Shown: piece by piece, positions 1 through 10,699 of the stretch | Numbering within the stretch: the first letter of the stretch is position 1 | Layout of the letters: each line of letters begins with the position of its first letter | NCBI GenBank assembly: GCA_001938485.1 | Contig: MQRK01228564.1 | Location: 1-64,000, forward strand | Direction of reading: 5' to 3' | Source of the DNA: Girardia tigrina | Lineage: Eukaryota | Length of the DNA: 64,000 bases | Program-made: the position numbers and the translations under genes | The notes under the pieces: generated by a model | Told to the model about the DNA's origin: nothing | What the model saw: only the letters and a program-made list of their open reading frames with translations | Databases searched by the model: none

Positions 1-397
1 AACTTTAATTTTTTAACATATTTTCTATTAAGCAAACATAATAACTTTTAAATATTAGGAAAGTTTAAAGTTTTCATTTCATTGTGTTTTAAACAAAATT
101 ACCATTTTCAAAAATTAAAAGTTCGGTTATATTCGTTTTCCGTTTTTCGTTAAAGGAGGCTTGTTTGATTATTAATTCAAATTAATATATAGATTTTCTA
201 TATATTAAAAAAAACTATATTCAAATATAGTTGATATATTTTTCCCAAGAAATTTTTACTAAATGAATGAAATATTTTGTGTGAATTGTTAATTTGAAAA
301 TTTTTTGCAATTTTTCAGTACAATTTTTATCATCATTTTTTTTGACTATTACAAAGAAAGAAAATAATTAATTTTTAATAAAAAATTTGAACAAAAT

Positions 398-506
398 CAT
401 AGGGTATACGCTATTTTTAAGTAAAACCACTAGGTATACGCTATCTAAATTTTAATAGCAGAGGGTATACGGCGTATACCCCCGTATACCCTCCACTACA
501 GCACTG
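398..506 (-). mobile_element. End of a hAT-type non-autonomous element (same family as 1411-1542, inverted)
   Basis: Near-identical reverse complement of 1411-1519. Ends in ACTACAGCACTG and carries repeated GCGTATACC-like subterminal motifs. Confidence 0.75.
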
Positions 507-757
507 TTAATAACATAATAAATTTATTATAAAGCATGGAATTGTAATACCGTTTAAACATTTTTTGGTTAATCTTAAAACATTTTTTGCAAAAAAATGT
601 TTTTTTGGTTTACTAGTTTGATTAAGTTTTCACATAATCATTTATCGTCATCGTGAATGAGTGAGTGTGCAAAGATCGGAGAAAATCGATTGAGTAAAAA
701 TACTTAAAAAACAGGTTTCTAAATTACTTGGATACACAGAAGATGGATGTATAATTG

Positions 758-844
758 ACCACGGATAACTCGTCTATTAACTGGTCACCACTGATATCTC
801 GTTACTTTTTTTAGTTTTTCCAGAGGTGACGAGTTATCCGTGGT
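758..844. repeat. 17-bp perfect inverted repeat (tiny MITE or transposon subterminal repeat)
   Basis: ACCACGGATAACTCGTC at 758-774 and GACGAGTTATCCGTGGT at 828-844. Confidence 0.6.
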
Positions 845-860
845 ATGCTATATATATATA

Positions 861-1410
861 CAGGGTTTTTCAATTAAATTCAGAAATGTTTCAATTATAA
901 TCAGAACTTATTTTAAAGATAATTAAATTTTAATTTTGTTAAAAAATATAACCGTTATAACAACAATATATTCAGCATTAATGATACACAGTAATTTAAA
1001 AATATTTATTCTTCCCAAGTTTTATTTAATCAAAATTCTTCACGTCTCATTGCTTTTAAAACATAACGACGAGTATCATTAAAAAACCCAAAACAATCTT
1101 CTGATGTGATTGAATCTTTCCCTGTTTGAATAGCTTCCATCAATTCACTTGCACATACAACATTGTTAGATTTGATTCCATTTTTCCATTTTGAAAAGCA
1201 TTCTTCAATCAGATTTAATTGTGGAGAATACGGCGGAAGGAATTTTAAAACATGTACAGCATTCGTAATTGCTTCACAAACTCCACCAACTTTGTGTATT
1301 GCGCAATTATCCATTATAATAACCTTTTTTCATAGTTATTGTCCGCCAAGAAAGAAAGCAGCCTGTTTATAAACGAAATAAAAGTCTTTCCATTATTATA
1401 ACCTTCCAAT
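861..1410 (-). mobile_element. Tc1/IS630-like transposon 3' remnant
   Basis: ORF 1030-1314 has MDNCAIH...FLPPYSPQLNLIEECFSKWK (DDE core). Terminus CAGGGTTTTTC follows TA at 861. Truncated at the MITE at 1411. Confidence 0.85.
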
Positions 1411-1542
1411 CAGTGCTGTAGTGGAGGGTATACGGGGGTATACGCCGTATACCCTCTGCTATTAAAATTTAAATAGCGTATACCTAGTGGTTTTACTTAA
1501 AAATAGCGTATACCCTATGCTAATTTTACGACTACAGCACTG
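1411..1542 (+). mobile_element. 132-bp hAT-type MITE
   Basis: 12-bp TIRs CAGTGCTGTAGT / ACTACAGCACTG and internal GCGTATACC-like repeats. The immediate flanks do not form a TSD (see findings). Confidence 0.8.
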
Positions 1543-1762
1543 GTTATTAGTAACTATTTCATTACAAAATGGAATTGTCAAAAATTTTTGTATAAAATTT
1601 TCCCTTCTACAAAAGATATCAAAGAAATTCTGTTGACCAAGAAGAGTTCTGCCCGCATTAAAAGAATGCACATAAAAAAATTGTTTGATGTACTAGTTTC
1701 ATGTCAAATTGACACTTTTTCACAGTGTGTAAAATTTTAAAAGTGCTCTTTCGGAACTGTTG

Positions 1763-1763
<1 letters not shown>

Positions 1764-1807
<44 letters not shown>
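1764..1807. repeat. (TA)n microsatellite
   Basis: Pure TA run. Confidence 0.95.
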
Positions 1808-1811
<4 letters not shown>

Positions 1812-3546
1812 CCGGGATTCAGACTGGTAGTTTATTATTTTTTTCACGATTTTTTTATGAAAAAATTACATCCATATGAAATATTATAAAGGAAAAATCG
1901 TTCTTCGTGAGGGTCAATATGGAAGTAATTTACTCATTTTTATGTACTTGGATTTGTCTGTTTAGAATTTATATTTAATAAAACCGAAGGATTGGTTAAT
2001 TTCGATGATTCTATGACTGGAGGAGTCAATCTGTTCGGATTGGCCGGCTGCCAGTTCGTCAATATATTACCGTCCCATTTGCTGTGGAATCGTATCAAAA
2101 AATAAATCGTTTCAAATAAAAGTAAAATCTACCACCGATATAAGTAGATTAGTATTATTGATAGCAACACCAATAGAAATATGATAAGCATTATTTAAAC
2201 AAAATGATTAAAAAAACCTTGATAATTATAATTGGAATATTCTGATGACAATCTTTCTCAAAATGTACCTCGAAATTTTAAGATTCTGGAAAAATGTTTT
2301 AAACGAATTAATATTGAGTTAATATTTTTTTATTTTGCTGATTAAGGTTTAAATAATTGAAAACGTAAAACAGAATGATTAAATCTAGGTAAAATTTTTA
2401 AATTAAAGTTGGATAATTAAGTTTTAAAATAAAAATCGATAGTAATTGTGAATAAAAGATTTTAATTAAAATAGAATTTTAAAGATAAATAATAATTAAT
2501 ATAAAAAAAATATAAGTATACAGGTTACTGTATGGATTAAAAATATTAAAATGAATTTTCTCCTGTGGTCAATGCGCCCATACTGAATGCGCCACTTGTT
2601 TGTAGGGAGAAATATTGCCCGAGTATCTCGATCAGTCATACCACCGACGTCCTACACTAACAGTCACCTTCATGTCCCTGCTCGAATTCCCGTGTCCCGT
2701 CTCGTCTCATAAGCTTTGGGGTCATGGATAGTGTGTCCGTCGGTTCCGCCTTGGATGAAGGTTCGCCCGGAGTAATCTCCAGCTCATAGTCTGACGTGTT
2801 CGTTCTATTCGCTCAGAAAACTCCGCCCTGATCGACACTTTTGAGAGTCTAGTGTAGTGGGAAGATTCACAGTTTGGTTGACATATCATTTGAAAACAAA
2901 GAAGATAGAACTCGAATAAAATGGCGTTTATTTCTTTACAGATAATTATTAATTTGAAAGTGAACATTTGTTACGTGTGTTAAAAACAGTTTTTATAGTT
3001 AATTTTTAATCATTAATTTTTATTTTTTTGCAGTAAAATTTTTTTTGAAAATATTTTTTGCTATATTGATAGGAGCACCACATCTCCTATATAAGAAAAC
3101 AACAGAAATAAATTCTAATTTGTTCCTTGTACAAATCACCACTTTGTTTTAATCATTTTTACATTGATTATCATTTTTGTGATGACTTTGTCGTTCTGAC
3201 AAAGGGGACCGTTCACTTTTCACTGTTTTTGCAGTTATAATACAAAATAAATAAGTATTTTTTGATGGACAAGTCAAATTTATATTCGTGTTTCAAGAAA
3301 ATTTACATAAAGACTAGAAGATTTGTGACGTACATGGCCACAGAGATCTTTTTCAGAGCACTTTTGATCCGCCGGACCTCGTCCTCGATTATCCGAATTT
3401 TGTAGAATTCGCACTTTTGCTCAGTGATTTGCAATAGTGATTCGTGCTCTTACTTCACCAATTCCATTATTTCAATGAAGTTTAATCGTTCAATCGAGTT
3501 AGATAAACTTAAAGTTGAATTTAATTTGAAAACACAACAATATAGT

Positions 3547-3997
3547 TATTAACAACATCGCAATTTGAATGCAAACATTTATTCACAACACAAACAGATT
3601 CTTCACAACCATTTTCAGTGGTCATCTTTCTTTGATTAATATAGTTTTTGATTATATATTTAAATATGAAAAAAATTAATGAATGGGGAAATTTTAATAT
3701 TACATTTTAATTCCTCATAATTTTTATTGGATAAAAATACATTATGTAATTTTTAAAATAAACATTAATTTGAAGAATATTAAATTTAATAAGTTAAAAT
3801 CGTTTACTGAAAATATTATTAAAATTCATAATTATCAAACTTTAATTAATTAGTACTTTAATTTAATATCATTAAATTAATTTCATTAGATTCAAATAAT
3901 TAATCAAATAACATATCAATCCCATCTGAGTAGGAGAGTCACAAATCTAAACAACATACAAACAACAAACTTACAACATTCCAAATTATCCCTCACA
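3547..3997 (-). mobile_element. Solo LTR, TG...TA family
   Basis: Minus strand reads TGTGAGGG...GTTAATA. 5-bp TSD ATAGT at 3542-3546 and 3998-4002. The 3' half is highly similar to 49421-49640, which is followed by a PBS and gag. Confidence 0.85.
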
Positions 3998-4941
3998 ATA
4001 GTAAGAATCAGTGCCGTATTTACCACAGGGTGGAACGGGCGGTCACCCGGGGCCCCCACATACAACGATAAAAAAATTTTATATGGTCAGAATTAGTGAA
4101 ACCAATTATTAAAAAATAAAAAAAAAAGTTTTATGATTGAAAAAGTTATTTTTTCTTTTGTTTTATTAAGCTTAATAATCGATTAATTGTTTTACTAAAC
4201 AGACATCTGAGCGCTTACTTAATTTGTACGTAGTTTCCAGTCTTTCAGTCGCCGTGACACCCTCACTTAGTTTCCTTAATCATTCAAGTGATTCATGTGA
4301 CTCTTGTGCATCAGAGTGAGTAAGTTGTAATCAATTTTGCAATCAATTATTGTGACCATGCAGCTGATTTGGATTTTATGATTATTTCTAAACTTTGATA
4401 GCTGACTTTTCGTACGTCGACCGTAAACTATGTAAATGCTACTCACAGTTTTACTTGCGTATTACTTTTGATTTTCCATTCATTTATTGAAATAATTATT
4501 GAAATAATTTTTATTTATTTTATTTTATTGGTGCAGATCATCTCACTTTATGGATAGTGATCGCCATAGATGTCCTCGTGTATATCTCAGTAGTGCTGAA
4601 AAGCGGAAAGGGCCAAAGAAAAAGACGAGAAGGAGGCTGCCGTAATGGCGAAAACGCGACGCATAACTGACTTCATGGCTAAAAGTGTGGCAACCAGTGA
4701 GGTGCATGACGTTACTGATACAGTTGCTGAAAATGTTAGTGAGCATGTCATTGAAGCTGTGGAGGTACAATGTACTAAAGACACTATTGCACAGATGGAA
4801 GTCATGCAGTATTCCGATAGTACTGATTCTGCATTAAAAGAGAAGGATATTGGTCTATGGCCGAAGAACCTGTCATCTGTCACGACCCCTTTTGTTTACA
4901 CCATTTTGCAGACTCGGAGCCCCCAATGACTATTAAGGGTC

Positions 4942-5409
4942 AGTCACAACCCCACCTCAACTTAGGAATAACTTAAACTTAGCTAGCAGCTCTCATATTT
5001 ACCCTATTATCCAATTGGGGTCGGACGTCTCTTCTCACTCAACATCTGCCTGGCAGTGAAGAGTTTGAAGGACCTTCGGGTTCGGATAAAGACGGGATGG
5101 ACTAAGGGCCCCCCACCTGGCGAAGTGTCGCTCGGGGATGATTTTGCTCTGACGATTACCTCGTAAACCTTATTGTTATGTACGCTATGTATTAGAAAAC
5201 TTAATGCACTGATATGTCTGTATGTCAACTTGTGGCGTTTGTATGTTGTGTCTTATAATGACTTGCTGCACTGTGTGTGTCTTATCTAAAGCTGAATCGA
5301 CTAATTTCGACACCTCTGGCTATCTAGAAACCTTGATTAACTACGTCATTCTAACAATATGATTAAGGCTTAATAATTAAAATATGGAGACGTTACTCTG
5401 GCACCCAAC
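4942..5409 (+). mobile_element. Nested Gypsy-type LTR (AGT...ACT) followed by a tRNA-Lys-like PBS
   Basis: AGTCAC at 4942 ... GTTACT at 5397, then TGGCACCCAAC at 5399 (compare tRNA-Lys PBS TGGCGCCCAAC). An AT-rich leader follows. No second LTR is seen. Confidence 0.5.
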
Positions 5410-6617
5410 AGCAGTTCTACCTTAGCTTGTCAAATGGATTCTCGAAATTTGTCTAGAGTATTTTCTAGCCGTCGCTCAACTATTCCGAGTAAAACTTTCC
5501 CTCAAATTTTAAATCAATAAAATCCGAATTTTATTTCACCACCAATTCCACACTTAATTTATAACTCGTCAAACTCACAAGTGCAGCCTCGAAACTAAAT
5601 TCGAATTCCTTATAGTGACACAATTCTCATAACCCAAATAAATAAATCATTGAAATCATATAAAATTCGCTTTAAGTTAATTTAAGTAGTTATATACTAA
5701 TTCCTAATCGATTGTGAAAATATCGATATCGTGGTTTGAAAATCTCATTTAAGGCCTTCTCTCAGGTAATAAAAATCAAATTCATCAATTAATTTAGATT
5801 CAAATTCGTAAGCGCAAAATATTCGAAATTAAGTTCTGTGAAACCGTAATGGACTTAAACCTAAATTCTCGCTTGGACTAAACTTGAATAATTAGAATTA
5901 AAAAATTTTTCATATTGAATTTATAAAATTTTACACGACATAATTCAAGCTCATGGTTATTGAATTTTAAATTAAAATTTAAATCAGAACTCGAATTTAG
6001 AGGCGAAATAAGTTCTTAAATAAACTTAAATAAATTAATTGTATTCTTAAAAAAAATAATGAAAAAGTCATAAAATAAATCCTACAGTAAAAACGAATTT
6101 CTACAACCACGATGAAATCAATTTAAATATATTCAGGTAAATTTGGAAAATTCCGTTTGTTTAAATATATCAGTTAATATATCAGTTAATGTTGTTAAAC
6201 CAAATTTGTCGATTATTCTCAAACGGAATTCTGATGGGTCGGCGTAAAACTATCTCACCCGCGGACCTGGCATGTCGAGCCACGTTCCGAGATGGCTGCC
6301 CTCGGCGAATGCAGCCGAAGTGATCGACCTGATGTCGATGATGATGAGCGGACGCTCCCCGTCGCTCTCGGGCGGCGCGTTTAACTCTCCTGGAAACTGG
6401 GGCATGACGAAGATGGCGATGGCAACGGACGACGGACTACTAACAGTATTTGGACCTTTTAGGTATGTTAAAATAGTAAACTCGTTAAGATATTAGTAAC
6501 AATAATAATAATAGCCATTTCATCAATAAAACTTTATTCAATAACATAAGAAAAATTTGAAAAAAGATGGCAATTTTTTATTAAAAACAAATAAACGCCA
6601 TTTAAAAATATATTTTA

Positions 6618-6658
6618 GGATAATATATTTCGACGGTTTAACCGTCATCATCAGATCA
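6618..6658 (-). ncRNA. Minimal type I hammerhead ribozyme motif
   Basis: GAU-CUGAUGA-U-GACGG(UUAAA)CCGUC-GAA-AUAUAU-U-AUC: conserved core, 5-bp stem II, palindromic stem III, 3-bp stem I. Confidence 0.65.
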
Positions 6659-6857
6659 CTGATTATGTTCTTTTTTNNNNNNNNNNNNNNNNNNNNNNNN
6701 NNNNNNNNNNNNNNNNNNNNGTAAGTCTAATCGAAAACTCTTAACAAATTAGTTGAGAGTGCTGTTTGGACATTGATTTTAGGATCACATGATCTTATCA
6801 ACAATGCTTCACATGACACTCTCTCCCAATAATTTTTAAAATGCTTGCACAAAATCT

Positions 6858-6898
6858 TAATCTGATGATGACGGTTAAACCGTCGAAATATATTATCC
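6858..6898 (+). ncRNA. Minimal type I hammerhead ribozyme motif (second copy)
   Basis: CTGATGA at 6862, GACGG/CCGTC stem, GAAA at 6885, ATATAT palindrome. Stem I is only 2 bp in this copy. Confidence 0.55.
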
Positions 6899-6986
6899 TA
6901 AAATATATTTTTAAATGGCGTTTATTTGTTTTTAATAAGAAAAATTAATACTGAAATTTACATTTAGTTCTTCAACGGTTTCGTAG

Positions 6987-7770
6987 AATGTTAGAGTCGA
7001 TCTGTCAGAATCCGGTATTTCGTCAGAACTGTGTGATACCCCTGTTGCTAATATCGGTGTCGCCGAATGGTGTTTTCCAATGTTCGTCCTTGCAAACCTG
7101 TATTCAAATGGTAATTTTCTACTTTGATTTTGTGGGCGATTTGTGTGACAAAACTTGTGCTTGTCTTTGAAATTATTTTTTGTGTTATTGTTTGTTTTTG
7201 AAATGTCATTTCTTTTTATAGGCCTACAGGGACACACAGGTCTTCAACTTCTCCAATCGGTGAGCCGGTCTGGCTTTCTGGATCGCCGGTTGGTTGACAA
7301 TGTAAGTGTGTTGCTTCAGATTTTTAAAATTTTTATAATTTTTATTTTTATTATAGGATCTGGTGGTTGTATGCCGGCGTGGTGGTGTGTTGCTGCCAGA
7401 CCTGCATGCGGTCATCTGAGGCCGCAATTCTAATTTTGGACTGTGGGATGAATCAGGTGAGTTTTTTAATTAATTTTTGTACTTGTTAATTAATATCTTT
7501 CAGCTTCACAGGGATGCACCCCCGCCGGGGAGAGCCGCACCAACCCGGGGGCGGGCCCCAACCAACGGCCCCATCAAGACCTTCCGCTGAAGGGTCGGCG
7601 GGCCCCGAAGGTCTTCTGGATTACCCTACAGGTAACTTGTGATTTTTATGTCTAGTTTTTAATTAAATTGTTTCTCGTTTTTAGCTCCCAGCTCCTTCCA
7701 AAGCCCCCCGCGACGACTCACACGGCCCCCTCTACAGTGACATTTTCGGTTTTTTCTTTTTTAATAAATG
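6987..7770 (+). other. Putative five-exon spliced transcription unit inside the LTR-type insertion
   Basis: GC-rich blocks 6987-7110, 7222-7259/7301, 7357-7456, 7504-7631 and 7685-~7770, separated by short T-rich GT...AG introns. AATAAA at ~7763. Confidence 0.6.
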
Positions 7771-10699
7771 TATTATTTTGCTTTTCCTGTTATTTACTTC
7801 TGTTTTTCTTTTTGTTATGTTTGTTTTATATGAGAGGCGAGTTTCGACCGTAACACATCATCTGCTGTGGAATTCTGGATTAAGAAAAGTGTAAAGGATG
7901 TGCATCATTGCGATGAAACCCTTCTTCAGCAGAAATCATATGTGCAAAACGTCGATGGTTGTGACCGCAGATGTCATGTGGGAATTTTTGAACGACAGAA
8001 CCAAAATGGTGAGAAAGTACAAAGGTCATGGGTGTGTTTCTCACCTTCAAACGGCAAGTTGTATTGTTTTGTTTGCAAAATTATGGGGGGAACTCCATCT
8101 CGCTTCACTGATGAAGGTTTCTGTGATTGGAAGCACTATGGCTATAGAATGAGGGCTCATGAAAAGTCTCAGGAACATCTACAGGCTGTTGTGGCACTCG
8201 CTCGGCGAGCTAAAGAACAAGGCCGCATTGATACTGAATTAGCGTTACAGGTTGGGCGAGAGGCGACGTACTGGCGTAAAGTCCTGAAAAGGTTGGTTAG
8301 TGTCATAAGGTTCTGTTGTGAGCGGGGTCTTGCTCTTCGCGGTGAAAATATAGATGTGGGATCTCCCTCTAATGGGAACTATCTGGGCTTGCTAGAACTT
8401 CTGGTAGAGTACGATGATTTTTTAAAGCAGCACATTGATCGGTTTCGTAGTTGTGGAAGTGGTCATACAAACTATCTGTCACCTATAGTTTGTGAAGAGC
8501 TTGTTGAAGTCATGGGAGAACGAGTACTAGCAGAGATCATTTCGCGAATCAAGAAGTCAAAATATTACTCATTGTCTATGGATAGTACAACTGATGAAGG
8601 TCACCTTGACCAGTTGACTCTTACTTTTCGTTACATGGTAAAAGGATCACCTGTTGAACGCTTTGTAAAGCTGATGGGAAATCAGGCTCACAAAGCAAAA
8701 GATATTGTCGATGGTCTCATGGACTTCTTACAGTTATACGACATTGACATCAAGGACTGCCGTGGTCAGTCATCTGACAATGCGGCAACGTTCAGTGACA
8801 GACACTCTGGTGTTCAGGCACAGGTTTTGGCTTTGAATCCCTTAGCTTTATGGCAACCATGCGCTGCACATTCGCTAAATTTGGTTGCAGTAGCTGCTGC
8901 AAAAAGCTGCTTAAGTGCGGTGATATTCTTTGATTTCCATGAGGAGTTATATGTTTTTTTCACTGACTCAACACACCGCTTTCAAATTCTTACTGACGTA
9001 TTGAAAGAAACAGAGAGCGGTAAAACATATGTGCCTAAAAGGCTCATCGCCATACGCTGGTCTTGTAGAGCTGATGCCACCAAAGCTCTTGTAAACGGCT
9101 ACTCACAAATAAGAGATACACTACATAAAATGGGACAAGATAAGGGTGAACCAGCAGAGGTGCGTTGCAAAGCCACTGGACTCCATAAACGCATGCTTCT
9201 TTTGGAGATTGCAATCTATGCTCTGTTTTTGAACGACATTTTGCAAAGGACAGATGTAACTAATAAAGCACTGCAAAATCCCAATGTTGACATTAATACT
9301 GCTGTCGCGATATGTAGTCACTGACAAGGTTTGTCGAGTATAAGCGTGAGCAGTATGGTGACTATGAAAAGAGGGCATCAGAAATGGCAGGCACAACGGA
9401 ATATAAGAGTGGCCGTAAGACATTCCAAAATGTGCGCTTGATACCATTTGGAATATGCCCGTGCTCCTGCGGCTCAACTTACGCCTTCGAAGACATTTCA
9501 AGTTGAATGCTTCAATCCGGTAATTGATAGCTATGTGTCTGCTTTGAAACACAGACTTTCTGCTTATGACAATGTGTCATCTCTGTTTGGCTTCCTATCG
9601 AATTTTGCACAGATCAAGGGCTCAAACAAGCAGGAGATACGCTTGCAAACGCATACCCAAATGACTTGAAATCATGCCTTGGGGATGAAATGGTTCAATT
9701 TCAAGAGTTTCTCAAGGTGTTTGAAGGTGAAAAGAAAGTGGAAGAGAGCTTCGCGCAATTTATGTACACTCTCATTCTTCAAAAAAATGTTCAAGATGAA
9801 TTTCCAAATTTGGAAATAGCCCTCCGTCTTTACCTTGTTATGATGGTTACAAATTTTTCTGCTGAGCGTTCATTTTCCAAAATGAAAATAATTAAAAACA
9901 GACTGCGTACCTCCATGCTTCAAGACAGGCTCACTAAACTAACACTCATGAGCATTGAGAGTGACATTTTGAGAGACATAGACTTCAGTGACATTATCCG
10001 TGATTTTTCCACTAGCAAATCCCGCAGAGTTCCTTTGGTAATAAACATTTCATGATTTCCACATGCTTTACTGTGCTGTATGAATGTACTATGAATCTAT
10101 CACAATATACTTTGTATCTGTGTTATTCACATCTGCGTAATCTGAGCATTGTGAGTGGGCATCGCAGTATACAGAAGTGCTTTTTTTGAAAATGATCAAT
10201 CTGAGTTTGCAAGGGCCTCCACAAATATTTTCCGCCATGGGCCCCCCAGTGTGTAAATACGGCCCTGGTAAGAATATATGATAATTATAATTATTGGTAG
10301 AATTTAAATTTTAAAATATATTTGTTGTGCACCACCACATTTCCATAAAACTTTTTGTTTTGTTTAGAATTTCACGTCAAAATTTTAAGTCATGAAATTA
10401 TTGTTTAAATTTTAAACAATGTTTAAAGTTAAAAAGTTACTTCCGCGTTTTATTAAAATCAAATTGGAAAAAAATATATAAATTTTAGTAAAGTTTTATA
10501 GTTAAAAAATGTAAGATAACTTTAAATTTTTTAACTGTGTTAAAAATAGAAAACAACAATTACAAAATTGACTTTAGAAATAAACATATCGAATCTCTGA
10601 TTCAGAGATTGTAAAATAAAACTTATGCTATTTTTCTTGTTTTATTTACTAACGAAATAAATCATCAATTTATTTTATATGTCAGCAAATGTCAATCAA

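Larger units (their letters stand above)
6578..6938 (+). mobile_element. Penelope-like element 3' fragment with inverted pseudo-LTR
   Basis: 79-bp perfect inverted repeat (6578-6656 / 6860-6938) containing a hammerhead core. 6743-6832 reads NKLVESAVWTLILGSHDLINNASHDTLSQ*, resembling a GIY-YIG C-terminus. An N gap lies inside. Confidence 0.7.
4878..7855 (+). mobile_element. ~3-kb LTR-type insertion (solo LTR with nested material) in the hAT transposase
   Basis: TGTCACG...CGTAACA termini and 4-bp TSD CATC (4874-4877, 7856-7859). Removing it restores the hAT reading frame. AATAAA and a U-rich tract lie near the right end. Confidence 0.8.
4550..10055 (+). pseudogene. hAT transposase pseudogene, split by an insertion and frameshifts
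   Basis: The N-terminus (4550-4877) rejoins 7860 in frame (WPKNLSSSAVEFWIKK). TTF-type zinc finger (LYCFVC...HEKSQEH), YYSLSMDSTTD, CRGQSSDNAA, CAAHSLNL, RW, and the C-terminal dimerisation motif SAERSFSKMKIIKNRLR in ORFs 7867-9324, 9448-9669 and 9666-10055. Confidence 0.92.
4009..10267 (+). mobile_element. Full-length hAT DNA transposon (ZMYM1-like transposase), inactivated
   Basis: 15-bp TIRs CAGTGCCGTATTTAC / GTAAATACGGCCCTG (1 mismatch). Perfect 8-bp TSD GTAAGAAT at 4001-4008 and 10268-10275. Internal transposase. Confidence 0.95.

Noticed and set aside
2570-2900. GC-richer block with ORF 2722-2967
   Set aside because: No recognisable motif, termini or splice structure.
3330-3470. Minus-strand coding-like block (MELVK*EHESLLQITEQKCEFYKIRIIEDEVRRIKSALKK) hinting at TAA reassignment
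   Set aside because: It is a single in-frame TAA in an unidentified fragment. The intact genes contain no internal TAA/TAG, so it is more likely a dead exon or a GTAAG donor.
4878-7855. Ginger-type DNA transposon interpretation (TGT...ACA, 4-bp TSD)
   Set aside because: Terminal inverted similarity is only 7 bp and there is no integrase, so an LTR-type end fits better.
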